A stretch of 64,000 nucleotides of DNA from Candidatus Nealsonbacteria bacterium DGGOD1a (GCA_022530585.1 CP092821.1:1025509-1089508), one strand, 5' to 3'; positions 1-10,600 are shown, numbered from the stretch's first letter. Program-made: numbers and translations. The notes: generated by a model from the sequence alone, not told the origin.

Positions 1-391
1 AAAGATTGAAAATAAAAATACGCCCGACCAAATATTTGATCGCGTTAACCGACAAATCGATTGCCGACGATCCCGATATCAAAATTTTTATTTTCCGCGT
101 ATCGAAAATGTATTTAAGTTTTTTTCCGCCGTTTCTCGAATACTGAAATTCGTCAATAAACAGGTATTTATAATTCTTCGCGTAAAGATTTATAAAATCA
201 TCGATGTTCTTATTAAAGAGACCGAGAGCGACCCGATCTTCAAAACTGATAAAATTTGCGCCCGAAAGGCCGGAAAATATCTTTTTTAACATTGTGGTTT
301 TGCCGCACTGCCGCGGACCCATAATGGCGATAATTTCCGGCTTATCGAGATATTTGTTAATCTTACCCTCTAATTTGCGCTTAATATACAT
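1..391 (-). CDS. AAA_14/DUF4143-type ATP-binding protein, 5' part (runs off the window)
   Basis: Manual translation from the ATG at 391 gives MYIKRKLEGKINKYLDKPEIIAIMGPRQCGKTTML, with Walker A GPRQxGKT and a later FIDEFQY. It is absent from the ORF track because it is truncated. Confidence 0.8.
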   Translation of the reverse strand, partial: MYIKRKLEGKINKYLDKPEIIAIMGPRQCGKTTMLKKIFSGLSGANFISFEDRVALGLFNKNIDDFINLYAKNYKYLFIDEFQYSRNGGKKLKYIFDTRKIKILISGSSAIDLSVNAIKYLVGRIFIFNL

Positions 392-881
392 AATTTCACT
401 AAAATTTAACTATAGTTACATTTTAGTACAAACTAAAATTAATATCAAGTTCTTATTCATTAACCAATCTAGTACCATTAAAACATTTGGCGGGATTTTT
501 TGACATTATACTCTGAAAGGGTTGGACCCTTTCAGAGAGTTCGTTCCTCCGGACACCTTCATAAAATAAAATTTGCAATGCTTTAAGCATTCCAAAAATA
601 AAGCCCAATAGTGGATTGATACTACTCCGAAAATTTAAACGACATTACAGTTAATCAATCCCCCAAACTCCCCCGCCAAACCCAAACGCCTCAAAAGGCG
701 TTTTTTGTTTTTCTCGCTCCCCCGCTTGAAAAAGCTCGCGATTTTATTTTTTGAAATTCTGGATTGCCCGTGTCTTCACAGTTTATAATTCTTGCGCTTG
801 CGCGAAATGTCAAAACAAATAAATCATTAAAATGCGACATTATGTTTGAAATTTGATATTATCCAAAATAATGGATAGCAA

Positions 882-1625
882 ATGAAAGAAGAAATTAAAA
901 TAATTCCAAAAAAAGAAATGCCTTCAATGAGAAGGAAAATTAACGCGCTGGCAAGAGCGTCTTATCCTGATTTTGTTTTATGGGAAAATGCCACATTGCA
1001 ATATTGGGATAAAATATATTCCGATTTTATTGACTATCAGATTATTTTTTACGCGGGGCAAAAACTGGCGGCAATCGTCAATTCCATCCCTGTTTTTGTG
1101 CCGGACAAAACTATCTCGCTCCCCGACGAGGGATGGGATTGGGCTTTGGCCACCGGCTGTAATCAGCACGATGAAAAAATCAAACCAAACACACTCATAG
1201 GATTGTCAATAGTGGTTGCTCCAGAAATGCGCGGGGCCGGATTGGGCAAACTTTGTCTTTTGGAATTTAAAAATCTGGCCAAACGGAAAAATCTAAAAAA
1301 AGCTTACATCCCGGTACGGCCAACCAAAAAAGCCGACTTTCCAAAAATCCCTTTTGGCAAGTACATCAACAAAAAAGCCGACGGCAAATATCTTGATCCG
1401 TGGCTTAACTTGCATTACAGATCAGGCGGTAAATTTATCGGAATTTGCCGCAAATCAATGAGGACCGAAACGGACATTAAAACATGGGAAAGCTGGACCG
1501 GCAAAAAATTTGCCAAAAGCGGGAAATATGAAATTAAAGGCGCATTGAGCAAAATAATTATTAACAAGAAAAACGACAAAGGCATTTATCTTGAACCGAA
1601 TGTCTGGATAGAACATACCGTTTAG
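882..1625 (+). CDS. GNAT-family acetyltransferase-like protein
   Basis: 247 aa; acetyl-CoA motif VAPEMRGAGLG; PVRP and DPWL..H motifs. Confidence 0.7.
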   Translation: MKEEIKIIPKKEMPSMRRKINALARASYPDFVLWENATLQYWDKIYSDFIDYQIIFYAGQKLAAIVNSIPVFVPDKTISLPDEGWDWALATGCNQHDEKIKPNTLIGLSIVVAPEMRGAGLGKLCLLEFKNLAKRKNLKKAYIPVRPTKKADFPKIPFGKYINKKADGKYLDPWLNLHYRSGGKFIGICRKSMRTETDIKTWESWTGKKFAKSGKYEIKGALSKIIINKKNDKGIYLEPNVWIEHTV

Positions 1626-1737
1626 CTTTTGAATATGGCTTTGGCTTAAACCTTGGGAAGATTATTAATGTCTTAGTAATTCGTGATCCTTAAAAAATCA
1701 GAAGGTTAGGCCCTCTGATTTTTTAACAAAATACTGG

Positions 1738-1980
1738 TTGCGAGTTGAGAGATTTCCGGCCTACGCGCCCGAGCTTAATCCCGTTGAATATTTTTGGGCG
1801 GCAATGAAAAACAAATATGTCTGCAACTTGCGGCCGCAAGGCCTGCCCGCCCTGGGGCGGGCGGTCAAATCCGGCAAACGCAAGATCGCCGGAGACAAAG
1901 AATTAATGAAAGGATTTTTAAAATCTTCCGAATTGTATTTATATGATATCCAATCTATTATGCGAAGATCGATAGTTTAA
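1738..1980 (+). pseudogene. IS630-family transposase C-terminal remnant
   Basis: FPAYAPELNPVEYFW is the IS630/DDE_3 signature; the N-terminal part is absent. Confidence 0.75.
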
Positions 1981-3677
1981 TTCCGGTTCGCGGATTCGCG
2001 GCCGGCACGGATGGCCAGGCCGATCACGGCGATGGCGGCGGCAAGGGACAAAACGATCGAAAACACGGCCCAAAACATAAAATCGCTTTTGAATTCCTGC
2101 ACATTTGCCGGCGGCGCGGCAATTTTATTTGTCGTCGCGCGCGCGACGCTGGCGCCGGCCTTGATGAAAACAAATTCTTCGGAACGGGCAACGATTTCTC
2201 CCGCGGTATCGGACAAAACCGCGTAAACCGAATGCCGGCCATCGGCCAAAGCGCGGTCAAGGATATATGCCCAACGACCGGAAGCGTCCGCCTTCACCAT
2301 CGCGACTATCGGCACCGAATAAATATAAATCGCCGCGAACGCGTTCGGCAAAGCCCGGCCTTCAAAACGAATGCCCAAACCGCCGTCGCCGAGCTTGATC
2401 GTTTCGACATTTTCCACTCCGTAAATATCGGTTTTTAACGGCGGCGGCAAACGCGGATCGTTAAAATCGATTTTCGCGAATTCATCGGGTTTCAGAGGAT
2501 CATAACCGCGGGAAATTTCGTCGCCGTCGAGCGCGCCGTCGCCATCGGTATCGGGATTTGAAGGATCGGCGCCCGTCTGAATTTCCCGATCATCGGCCAA
2601 GCCGTCGCCGTCGGTATCATTGAGAAGAGTTTCCCATTCTTTGATGTTTTCTTTTTCCTGTCGGGATATCTCATTTTCAAGATCGGCCAATATTCGGCCA
2701 ACGCTTTCATCCCCGGCCGCGGCCGTTAAAATCGAACCGGTCAAATTACGCTTTTCGGCGATTTTTTGTTCCAAACCTTCCTCATCCGCCGCGATTTTGG
2801 CGCCAATCCGCATGATTTGGTTTCTGTAATTTTCCAGTTCATTTAATTTTTCATTTTTAATCGACTGCAAAACATTTTCCGAAAAATTAGCGACATCGTC
2901 TTCAAGCCGGCGAACACGGATGTCGATATCGCTTCGTTGCTCCTCGAGCTTTTCCAGCGAATAGCCAAGCTGTTCGATTGCCGCGACAATATCGGCAATT
3001 TGAAAAATGATTTCAACTTGGCCATTGCCGATTTTCGCGGCAATCGCGTCCGCGGCGGCTTTAACTCTCTGCCGGGAAAATTCCCGGCCTTGAACGATTG
3101 CTTGATTGCTCCGGCGGATATTTTCCGTGATTATGGCATTCCGGCCGTCGGCGGCGGCCGCTTCGTTGTCGATCTCAACCCTGATTGAAGAACTGTCGTA
3201 TATTTTTCCGCTCCGATATATCCGGCCGCGGATATCGTAAATTCCGTTTGGCAAAATTTGTCCGTTGAAATCCAATTTATATTTCCAAATCCCTTCCCTT
3301 CCCGGCAAGGCTTTCCCGATATGCAAAACCGTTGCCGGCACCCGACCTTGGGCATAGAAAAAAACTTCATCGGCGTTGGCGGCTTTTAATTGCAACTCAA
3401 CGCCCATTTCATCTTTTGCCGCCGCCGGCGCCGCTTCAAACTCCGGCAAAACGGCGGCCGCGCCAAAATCGATTTCACTTTCCGCGGCGTTTCCCGTATC
3501 GCCGGTACCTCCACCGCTCTCCCCGCCCGATAAAATTGGCGCGCTCAAATCGGCCCGCATACCGGTAAAATCCGGTTTTGGCGCGGAAAAGAAACCGCGC
3601 GAGCCCGGCAAAACGAACGCGCCGCAAACGAATGACAAAAACGCGATTGAAGATAAAATTGTTTTCGCGAAATTCAT
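1977..3677 (-). CDS. Membrane-anchored surface protein (coiled coil, Ca-binding DxDxDG repeats, Ig-like domain)
   Basis: N-terminal hydrophobic segment, DTDGDGLADDRE and DTDGDGALDGDE repeats, ADASGRW Ig-like motif, C-terminal TM helix. Confidence 0.65.
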   Translation of the reverse strand: MNFAKTILSSIAFLSFVCGAFVLPGSRGFFSAPKPDFTGMRADLSAPILSGGESGGGTGDTGNAAESEIDFGAAAVLPEFEAAPAAAKDEMGVELQLKAANADEVFFYAQGRVPATVLHIGKALPGREGIWKYKLDFNGQILPNGIYDIRGRIYRSGKIYDSSSIRVEIDNEAAAADGRNAIITENIRRSNQAIVQGREFSRQRVKAAADAIAAKIGNGQVEIIFQIADIVAAIEQLGYSLEKLEEQRSDIDIRVRRLEDDVANFSENVLQSIKNEKLNELENYRNQIMRIGAKIAADEEGLEQKIAEKRNLTGSILTAAAGDESVGRILADLENEISRQEKENIKEWETLLNDTDGDGLADDREIQTGADPSNPDTDGDGALDGDEISRGYDPLKPDEFAKIDFNDPRLPPPLKTDIYGVENVETIKLGDGGLGIRFEGRALPNAFAAIYIYSVPIVAMVKADASGRWAYILDRALADGRHSVYAVLSDTAGEIVARSEEFVFIKAGASVARATTNKIAAPPANVQEFKSDFMFWAVFSIVLSLAAAIAVIGLAIRAGRESANRN

Positions 3678-3733
3678 AATTATATTATACCTTGGACGGC
3701 GGCAATTTTGAAAATAAAGAGAAAAAGAATAAA

Positions 3734-4591
3734 ATGAAGTTAATGTCCGCGAATATTAATTTTGACGCCGCTCTCTTCGCCCTGGCAAACATATCAAATG
3801 CCGCGGGATCGTTTTTGATTTATCTCGCCGCGGGGGTTTTGCCGTGTTTTCTCTGGCTTCTTTTTTATCTGCGGCGCGATCGGCACCCGGAACCGAAAAG
3901 GGAAATCATCTGGGTTTTCGGGCTGGGAGCTCTGGCAACCTTGCCCGCGGTTTTAATCGAAATTTTTCTGATCAATGTATTTGGATTTTTCGGCCTGCCC
4001 GGATACATCTCGCTGATCGCCACGAATATCGTTGCCGTGGCGTTCATTGAAGAATTCGCCAAATACGCCGCCGTCTGGATAAGAGAGGAAGCCGCCAATC
4101 AAAACCGCCATCTGGACGAACCGGCGGATTTTGTAATCTATATGACGGTCGCCGCGCTGGGGTTCGCCGCGGTTGAAAATCTTTTGTTTCTGCTTCCCAC
4201 GGTGCGAGAACAACTGATGGGAAGCGCCACCCTTCTGAAAAACGGCGGCGCGGCTTTTTTGATATCGCTGTCGCTGTTCCGGTCGATAAGCGCGATTCTG
4301 TTGCACACCCTGTGCTCGGGAGTCATCGGCTACCATATGGCCGCGGCGTTCTGCCACAGAGAAAGAAAAATCGGCATATTGGCCGCCGGATTTTTCATTG
4401 TCAGTTGCTTGCACGGCCTGTATAATTTTTCTATAATGGAAAGCGAGAACAACATATTGTTTTTGTTTGTCCCGCTGGCAATAATACTGTCGCTGTCCTT
4501 GACTCTCTATATCCAATTCCAGTGGCTGTTGCGGATGAAAAGCGTGTGCAACATAAAAAATGCAAGATTAAAAAATCAAAATGGAAAATGA
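3734..4591 (+). CDS. prsW: PrsW-family intramembrane metalloprotease
   Basis: Motifs DRHPEP, EEFAK, LGFAAVEN, H..., LHGLYN; multiple TM helices; start codon uncertain (3734 or 3743). Confidence 0.85.
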   Translation: MKLMSANINFDAALFALANISNAAGSFLIYLAAGVLPCFLWLLFYLRRDRHPEPKREIIWVFGLGALATLPAVLIEIFLINVFGFFGLPGYISLIATNIVAVAFIEEFAKYAAVWIREEAANQNRHLDEPADFVIYMTVAALGFAAVENLLFLLPTVREQLMGSATLLKNGGAAFLISLSLFRSISAILLHTLCSGVIGYHMAAAFCHRERKIGILAAGFFIVSCLHGLYNFSIMESENNILFLFVPLAIILSLSLTLYIQFQWLLRMKSVCNIKNARLKNQNGK

Positions 4592-4685
4592 CAATTCAAA
4601 GTAAAGTTACAAAATGTCAAAATCACGGCATTTTAACATTTTACATTGTCATTTAAATCTTTGATATTTACATTTTAAATTCACC

Positions 4686-5402
4686 ATGTCTTTCCTTGAA
4701 AAACTGCAAAAGGGAATGCGCGAAACCGCGCCCGAGGAAAACGCGGAAAACGCCGGCATTGACAATATTGAAGAAAGCCAACCGCAAGAAATCGCGGCGG
4801 AAGCGGTTTTCGCTTCTTATAAAAGCGAAAACGCGGATATTTCCGGCAAAAACGACTCCCGCGGCCGGGAACCGGCGGCGGTAAAAAAAACCCGCGGCCG
4901 GCCGAAGAAAATGATCACCGCCAATAATTTGGATGAAATAACCGAAACAACCCAGCCACCCGCCGAAGATAAAGCGGCGGAAACGAAAAATTACTCTCAA
5001 AATGATCCCAAAAAAAATATGGCGAATAAAAAAATAATCGTAGCGGATGATGGCGCCGAAAGCCAGTGGCTGGACAACGAAGGCCGACTCGCCGTCAATG
5101 TTTACCAAACTGAAAACGATCTGGTCTTGCAATCGGCGATTGCCGGCATAAAAGTGGAAGACCTTGATGTGCTTATCGAAGACGATGTCATCACCATTAA
5201 AGGCAACCGCGCCAATCCCCTCGAAGAAACCGGCGATTACTTTATCGAAGAATGCTATTGGGGTCCATTCTCGCGCAAGATTATCCTTCCCGCGGAAGTT
5301 GATTCCTCCCGCGCCGACGCGGCGATGAAAGACGGCATCCTGACCATCCGCATCCCCAAAATCCAACGCGAAAAGAAAAAGAAACTCACCATCAAAGAAT
5401 AA
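4686..5402 (+). CDS. Hsp20/alpha-crystallin small heat-shock protein with a long acidic N-terminus
   Basis: ECYWGPFSRKIILP...AAMKDGILTIRIPK. Confidence 0.9.
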   Translation: MSFLEKLQKGMRETAPEENAENAGIDNIEESQPQEIAAEAVFASYKSENADISGKNDSRGREPAAVKKTRGRPKKMITANNLDEITETTQPPAEDKAAETKNYSQNDPKKNMANKKIIVADDGAESQWLDNEGRLAVNVYQTENDLVLQSAIAGIKVEDLDVLIEDDVITIKGNRANPLEETGDYFIEECYWGPFSRKIILPAEVDSSRADAAMKDGILTIRIPKIQREKKKKLTIKE

Positions 5403-5408
5403 TCCGAA

Positions 5409-5438
5409 AAAAACCACCTTTTATGGTGGTTTTTCTTT
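5409..5438 (+). terminator. Intrinsic terminator after hsp20
   Basis: AAAAACCACC-ttttat-GGTGGTTTTT hairpin followed by a T tract. Confidence 0.65.
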
Positions 5439-5477
5439 AAATCAAAATGTAAATATCAAAGATTAAAATAACAAATT

Positions 5478-5596
5478 ATTTTGAATTACAAAACCCTTTG
5501 TATTTGGGGTCTATCCCTCGCGCTTGTCCCGAGGCTTTTGCGAGGGATAATCGCAAGGGTCAGACCCCTTCAATGATACTTGAATTCAATGGTTTC
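5478..5596. mobile_element. Degenerate MITE (IS982-type TIR family), right end truncated
   Basis: Starts ATTTTGAATTACAAAAC; the internal GGGGTC...GACCCCTTCAAT resembles the 107-bp MITEs at 14322 and 37286. Confidence 0.55.
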
Positions 5597-5598
5597 TT

Positions 5599-5783
5599 AG
5601 CTGGAGGAGAGATTTGAACTCTCACAGGTTTCCCCACCCCGCCTTTCTTTGGTGTCGAGAGGGAGACTCGAACTCCCATGGGTCACCCCACTAGCTCCTA
5701 AGGCTAGCGCGTCTACCGATTTCGCCATCTCGACATTATTATTATATTTCGGCGGGGCGCGTCTGCCGTTCCGCCACTCCGGC
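5599..5783 (-). ncRNA. tRNA-Leu-like outer sequence (pseudo-tRNA or interrupted tRNA) whose anticodon loop is replaced by a 107-nt insert
   Basis: Minus strand reads GCCGGAG TGGCGGAACGGCAGACGC G CCCCGCC [insert] GGCGGGG TGGGGAAACCTGT GAGAG TTCAAAT CTCTC CTCCAGC; one C-A mismatch in the acceptor stem. Confidence 0.65.
5650..5734 (-). tRNA. tRNA-Leu(UAG) with encoded CCA
   Basis: GTCGAGA TGGCGAAATCGGTAGACGC G CTAGC CT TAG GA GCTAG, long variable arm, GGGAG TTCGAGT CTCCC TCTCGAC ACCA. Confidence 0.95.
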
Positions 5784-5848
5784 GTTTGTTTGCTCTATCA
5801 ATTTATTTAAACCATTAACGCTGAAAAGTAAAATTTTTATTCTTTTTA

Positions 5849-6013
5849 TACCCCGTCCGCTTGCTGCGGGGTATGAAAAGAATCAAAAATATATTTTCCA
5901 AATGTATTTCGTCGAGCGGGGTATGAACCCCGCACGACGACCAAAGGGGGCACCCCTTTGGAATCCTCTTGGTGCACCCCGGGGCAAAGCCCCGAGGTAT
6001 TGCACTCAATAAA
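5849..6013. repeat. Structured repeat, probable IS200/IS605-derived non-autonomous element (copy 1)
   Basis: 5881-6013 is identical to 23387-23519; bounded by the hairpins ATACCCCG..CGGGGTAT and CACCCCGGGG..CCCCGAGGT. Confidence 0.75.
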
Positions 6014-6057
6014 AAATGAGCCTTACGGCCCATTTTCAATTCGCGAAATAACTCTCG

Positions 6058-6426
6058 CTAACCATTGCTAATCGCGCTGAGAACCAGCGAAATAATACCT
6101 TTCGCCAGCAACGCCACCACAATGCCGATCGCGGCAAACATTATTCTCTGCCGCGCCGTGTTAATCTTTTCCGTATCGCCCGACGATGTCACAAAAGTAT
6201 AACCGGCCCAGATCACATAAAATACCGCGATAATTATCAATATTCCAATCGCGTAATTCGCGACCGTGTTAAGGGTCTGGTCAAGCGGCTGATCCGACAT
6301 TTTAACATTTTTGCCAATATCTCCCGCCAAACTGCTGTCGGCTTTCGGCGTAATGGAATCAGCGGCAAAAATCAACGCGGGCGCCATCAATAAACTTAAC
6401 AATAAAGAAGCGATTATTTTTTTCAT
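6058..6426 (-). CDS. Pilin-like protein (TrbC/VirB2-like)
   Basis: Signal peptide plus two TM helices; IWAGYTFVTSSGDTEKINTARQRIMFAAIG. Confidence 0.8.
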   Translation of the reverse strand: MKKIIASLLLSLLMAPALIFAADSITPKADSSLAGDIGKNVKMSDQPLDQTLNTVANYAIGILIIIAVFYVIWAGYTFVTSSGDTEKINTARQRIMFAAIGIVVALLAKGIISLVLSAISNG

Positions 6427-6513
6427 TTTTTTGCTTTAAAACTGTTACTTTAATATCTATATATTTATTCTAATCTCCGGCAACGAAATTTGCAATAGCC
6501 CGCAAATCGCGTT

Positions 6514-6906
6514 TTATTCGGTTTGCTCAACCTCCTGCTCCGAACCGCTTGAAGTTGAACTCCCTTGGCCGGATAAACCGGTGGCGATGCTCACGATTGT
6601 CGCCGCCAACCCGGCCACGATCAAACCGATAACCGCGTAAGTGATGGTTTTCTTGGCGGTTTCGGTTTTTTTCTCGTCGCCGCTGGAAGTGACATATTGA
6701 AACGCGCCCCAAAGAATCATAAATACCGAAGCGATAATCACCGCGCCGAAGAAAAGATTGCGCACATTGATCAAAACTTCTTCAAGATTGACCTCTTTTA
6801 CTTCTTGGCCGATCGCGCCGACGCCGGTATCGGCCGCAAAAATTAAAGCTGGGATCAATAATCCGATCGCGGGTACAATCAATTTTTTCTTCAAAAAATT
6901 TTTCAT
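6514..6906 (-). CDS. Pilin-like protein (TrbC/VirB2-like)
   Basis: LWGAFQYVTSSGDEKKTETAKKTITYAVIGL. Confidence 0.8.
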   Translation of the reverse strand: MKNFLKKKLIVPAIGLLIPALIFAADTGVGAIGQEVKEVNLEEVLINVRNLFFGAVIIASVFMILWGAFQYVTSSGDEKKTETAKKTITYAVIGLIVAGLAATIVSIATGLSGQGSSTSSGSEQEVEQTE

Positions 6907-6925
6907 ATTTATTTATTAGTTTTGA

Positions 6926-7294
6926 TTATTCGCCTTCAACGCCCAAAATTCCCTTGATAACCGCCACAAATGTGCTCGAGAGCGCGATGATCACCAAGCC
7001 GACCAAAGCGTAAGTGATTTTTTGCCGGCCTTCTTTGATTTTAGTGTCCGCGCCGGCCGCGGTCGCGATCTCAAACCCGCCCCAAATAATGAAAATCGGG
7101 CAAATCAGCAGCGCGAGTCCGAAAACGAAATTTATCAATCCTTGGATGATATCGGTCAAATCCTTATCGCCCAAAGGATTGGTAATCGTTACCGTGTCGC
7201 CGGTTTCCTCCGCCGCAAGCGCCGAATTGGCGCAGGATAAACCAATAACCGCGGCCGCGACAGTTTTGGAAAACATTTTTTCAAGATATTGCAT
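6926..7294 (-). CDS. Pilin-like protein (TrbC/VirB2-like)
   Basis: ITNPLG...IWGGFEIATAAGADTKIKEGRQKITYALVGL. Confidence 0.8.
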   Translation of the reverse strand: MQYLEKMFSKTVAAAVIGLSCANSALAAEETGDTVTITNPLGDKDLTDIIQGLINFVFGLALLICPIFIIWGGFEIATAAGADTKIKEGRQKITYALVGLVIIALSSTFVAVIKGILGVEGE

Positions 7295-7314
7295 ATTTTA
7301 TTGTTAGACCTTGT

Positions 7315-7848
7315 TCATTTTTTCTCGAAAACCATGCCAAAATGGAAACTCCCGGCTTCAAATTCGCTTGCCAAGGCAAAGCCCGCGGCCCGGGCGATAT
7401 CTTTAACCTCTTGGGGCGATATCTTGTCCGCCGGACCGATTGCCGCGTTCTTCGCGTTCTTGTTCCAGTCGACCGCCAGAACCTTGCCGCCGGTTTTCAA
7501 AACCCGGAATGCCTCGGCGAATATCGCTTTTTTATCGCCGGCCTGGAACAACAGGTTGCTCATTAACACCACATCCAATGAATTGGCAAGCAAACGCGAA
7601 ACTAATTTTTCAACATCTCCCTTAACGATTTCTATGTTCTCCAGATTTTTTATCCTAGCCTTGCTGCGCACCGCCGACAGCGATTCGTCCAGCAAATCAA
7701 TGGCGTAAACTTTGCCATTCACCAAAACTTCGGCCAGCGCCGCCGCCCATTCCCCCGAACCGCAACCAAAATCCGCGGCCAGCATATTCCTCTTCAGCTG
7801 CAGCCGCTCGGCTAAAATTTGTCTGGGATTTACAAAAGAGGAAACCAT
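7315..7848 (-). CDS. Class I SAM-dependent methyltransferase
   Basis: ADFGCGSG motif I; VYAID; RVLKTGG. Confidence 0.85.
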   Translation of the reverse strand: MVSSFVNPRQILAERLQLKRNMLAADFGCGSGEWAAALAEVLVNGKVYAIDLLDESLSAVRSKARIKNLENIEIVKGDVEKLVSRLLANSLDVVLMSNLLFQAGDKKAIFAEAFRVLKTGGKVLAVDWNKNAKNAAIGPADKISPQEVKDIARAAGFALASEFEAGSFHFGMVFEKK

Positions 7849-7873
7849 AAATTAATAATTTGGTTGCCTAATT

Positions 7874-8033
7874 ACTTTAAATTGCGAAACAGCGAATTTT
7901 GAAATCAATTTTTTTGCGTAATCGCCAAAAATTTGATTTCAGAATTCGCGCGGTAACCGCCGCGTTTGGTGAAAATTGACTTCCCAAAAGCTGAAGTCAA
8001 ATTTCCCCAAACGCTAATTTCGTAATTTAATTT
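7874..8033. mobile_element. Degenerate MITE (IS982-type TIR family)
   Basis: ACTTTAAATTGCGAAAC ... TTTCGTAATTTAATTT, flanked by AATT on both sides; two internal hairpins. Confidence 0.5.
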
Positions 8034-8058
8034 AATTATATTTTACCGCGGTCAAAAT

Positions 8059-10593
8059 TTATATGCAACTGGCGCTGGCCACTTTGTCCCCTTCGTCGAG
8101 GCGCATTATGCGCACGCCCTGCGTGGCCCGCGACAACTTGGAAATGCCTTCGATCGGCACGCGGATCACTTGGCCCTTTTTGGAAATCACCATCAGCTCT
8201 TCCTCGTCGGTGAGCATAAACGAAGTCACCAGATCGCCGGTCTTGGCCGTGATCTCGGCAACCTTGATGCCCGAACCGCCGCGGTTTTGCATCCGGTATT
8301 CCTTGATGTTGGTGCGCTTGCCGTAACCGTTTTCCATCACGACCAACACCAGCCTTTCAAGCGGCTTGCCGTCGGCGCCGACAGCGGGTTTCGCCGGCAC
8401 CACATCCATTCCCACCACTTCATCGCCGCGCTTCAGAGTTATTGCTTTAATCCCCGCGGCTTGGCGGCCCATCGGCCGCGCCTGGCTTTCCTTGAAACGC
8501 ACCGACTGGCCTTTTTTGGTAACCACGATAATCTCGTCGCCGCCGCCGGTTTTGGAAACTTTGCGCAATAAATCGCCTTTTTTCAAAGTAATCGCGATCA
8601 AACCCGAGCGCCGGATATTGTCGAATTCGTCAAGACTGGTCTTTTTGGCCACGCCGTTTTTGGTAACAATCAGAAGATATTTATCGTTGTTATCCTGCCC
8701 TTCTTTGGCTTTCGCGGCTTTTTCTTTGTCGGTCAACGATTTTCCCAAAGACATCGTGTAAAGCACTTTTTCTTCCGGCCCCAATTCCAAAAAATTAACC
8801 AGCGCCCGGCCCTTGGCCACGCGCGCGCCTTCGGGAATTTCATAAGCAAGCGTCTGGAAAACCCGGCCCGTATCCGTGAAGAATAATATCCGGTCGTGCG
8901 TGTTGGCGATCAGCGACTGCTCAACAATGTCATCGCCCACGGTCTTCAAACCGATGATACCCTTGCCGCCCCGTTTTTGAATCTTGTAAGTCGTGGGGTC
9001 GATGCGTTTGATATAACCCGAATTCGTCAAAGTGATCGCCACTTCTTCGTCGGGAATAAGATCCGCCTCGGAAATCTCGCCGATTTTATGGGCATAGACT
9101 TTGGTGCGGCGGTCATCGCCATAGGTTTCCTTGATTTGAATAAATTCTTTTTTCATCACCGCTTTAATCCTGGCCGGACTGTTCAAAATGCCGGTATAAT
9201 CTTTGATCTTCGCCAGCAATTCTTTCAATTCGTTATCAATCTTCTCCCGTTCAAGCTTGGCCAGCGCCGCCAGTTTGGTTTCCAAAATCGCGTTGGCTTG
9301 GATTTCGTCGATCTTAAAGCGTTTCATCAAATTATTGCGGGCGTCCTCGCGATTTTCCGATTTGCGGATAATGCGGATCACTTCATCGATATCGGCCAAA
9401 CATTTCACCAAACCTTCCAAAATATGCGCCCGTTCTTTGGCTTTGTCCAGTTCAAATTGCGTGCGGCGGGTGATCACCTGCCGGCGATGATTCAAAAAAT
9501 GCGTCAAAACATCGGGCAGATTCAAAACTTCCGGTTGAATACCGTCCACCAAAGCCAGCATATTCAAATGAAATGTCCGCTGCAGCGCGGTAAATTTATA
9601 AAGCCGGTTTAAAACCTTTTGCGGCTGGGCCTCGCGCGTCAAATCAATGGTAATCCGCATACCATCCTTGTCCGATTCATCGCGCACATCTTTCACGCCG
9701 TCGATCTTCTTTTCCGTAACCAGCGCGGCAATTTGTTCCAGCAAACTCGACTTCTGAACCTGATAAGGAATTTCGGTGATGATGATTTGGTAACGGTCGG
9801 TTTTTTCGTTCTGAATGATTTCGGCTTTGCCGCGGCAAACAATCGGCCCCTTGCCTTGCGAATAAGCCGCGATGATTTCGCGACGGTCAAAAATTTCGCC
9901 GCCCAGCGGAAAATCGGGCCCCTTGATGAATTGGAACAAATCTTCCGTGGTCGCTTTGGGTTCGTCAAGCAAATAAGCCAGCGCGTCGCAAACCTCGCCC
10001 AAATTATGCGGCGGGATGTTGGTAGCCATACCCACGGCGATACCCAGCGAACCGTTCAATAAAAGCTGCGGCAAAGGCGACGGCAAAACCGACGGCTCCT
10101 TGCGGGTGCCATCATAATTTTCAACAAAATCAACCGTATTTTTATCAATATCTTCAAGAGTCGCCTCGCCGATGCGCGACAAGCGGGCTTCGGTATAGCG
10201 CATCGCCGCGGCCGAATCGCCGTCAATCGACCCAAAGTTGCCTTGGCCCTGCACCAAGGGATATCTCAAAGTGAAATCCTGCGCCAAACGCACCATCGTG
10301 TCATAAACCGAGCTATCGCCGTGAGGATGATAACGGCCCAAAGCGGAGCCGACCACCGTGGCCGATTTGCGATATTTGGCCGTGTGGCGCAACCCTTCCT
10401 CGAGCATCACATATAAAACGCGGCGTTGAACGGGTTTTAACCCGTCGCGCACATCAGGCAAAGCCCGCGACACAATCACCGACATCGCGTAATCAATGTA
10501 TGAATCCTTCATCATTGAAACTATCTCGGTCGATTTGACTTGCTCAAACTCCAGTTTTCCCTGGTCTTTATCCGATTTTTTCGATTTAGCCAT
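8059..10593 (-). CDS. gyrA: DNA gyrase subunit A
   Basis: [22 protein letters not shown], catalytic Tyr in [11 protein letters not shown], GyrA-box QKRGGKG. Confidence 0.98.
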   Translation of the reverse strand: MAKSKKSDKDQGKLEFEQVKSTEIVSMMKDSYIDYAMSVIVSRALPDVRDGLKPVQRRVLYVMLEEGLRHTAKYRKSATVVGSALGRYHPHGDSSVYDTMVRLAQDFTLRYPLVQGQGNFGSIDGDSAAAMRYTEARLSRIGEATLEDIDKNTVDFVENYDGTRKEPSVLPSPLPQLLLNGSLGIAVGMATNIPPHNLGEVCDALAYLLDEPKATTEDLFQFIKGPDFPLGGEIFDRREIIAAYSQGKGPIVCRGKAEIIQNEKTDRYQIIITEIPYQVQKSSLLEQIAALVTEKKIDGVKDVRDESDKDGMRITIDLTREAQPQKVLNRLYKFTALQRTFHLNMLALVDGIQPEVLNLPDVLTHFLNHRRQVITRRTQFELDKAKERAHILEGLVKCLADIDEVIRIIRKSENREDARNNLMKRFKIDEIQANAILETKLAALAKLEREKIDNELKELLAKIKDYTGILNSPARIKAVMKKEFIQIKETYGDDRRTKVYAHKIGEISEADLIPDEEVAITLTNSGYIKRIDPTTYKIQKRGGKGIIGLKTVGDDIVEQSLIANTHDRILFFTDTGRVFQTLAYEIPEGARVAKGRALVNFLELGPEEKVLYTMSLGKSLTDKEKAAKAKEGQDNNDKYLLIVTKNGVAKKTSLDEFDNIRRSGLIAITLKKGDLLRKVSKTGGGDEIIVVTKKGQSVRFKESQARPMGRQAAGIKAITLKRGDEVVGMDVVPAKPAVGADGKPLERLVLVVMENGYGKRTNIKEYRMQNRGGSGIKVAEITAKTGDLVTSFMLTDEEELMVISKKGQVIRVPIEGISKLSRATQGVRIMRLDEGDKVASASCI

Positions 10594-10600
10594 AAACGGT

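Noticed and set aside
204..503. 99-aa plus-strand ORF
   Set aside because: Antisense shadow of the minus-strand ATPase that starts at 391.
5599..5783. tmRNA or group I intron as the explanation for the interrupted tRNA
   Set aside because: The outer RNA has a Leu-type D arm and long variable arm with no G3-U70 or tag ORF; the insert is a tRNA plus 22 nt, far too short for a ribozyme core.
5815..6039. ORFs 5815-6039 and 23285-23515 sharing a peptide
   Set aside because: The shared peptide is simply the translated 133-bp non-coding repeat.
8063..10062. Long plus-strand ORFs opposite gyrA (and similar ones opposite pccB, accC, the recombinase and hsp20)
   Set aside because: Antisense shadows of well-supported genes, with no motifs.
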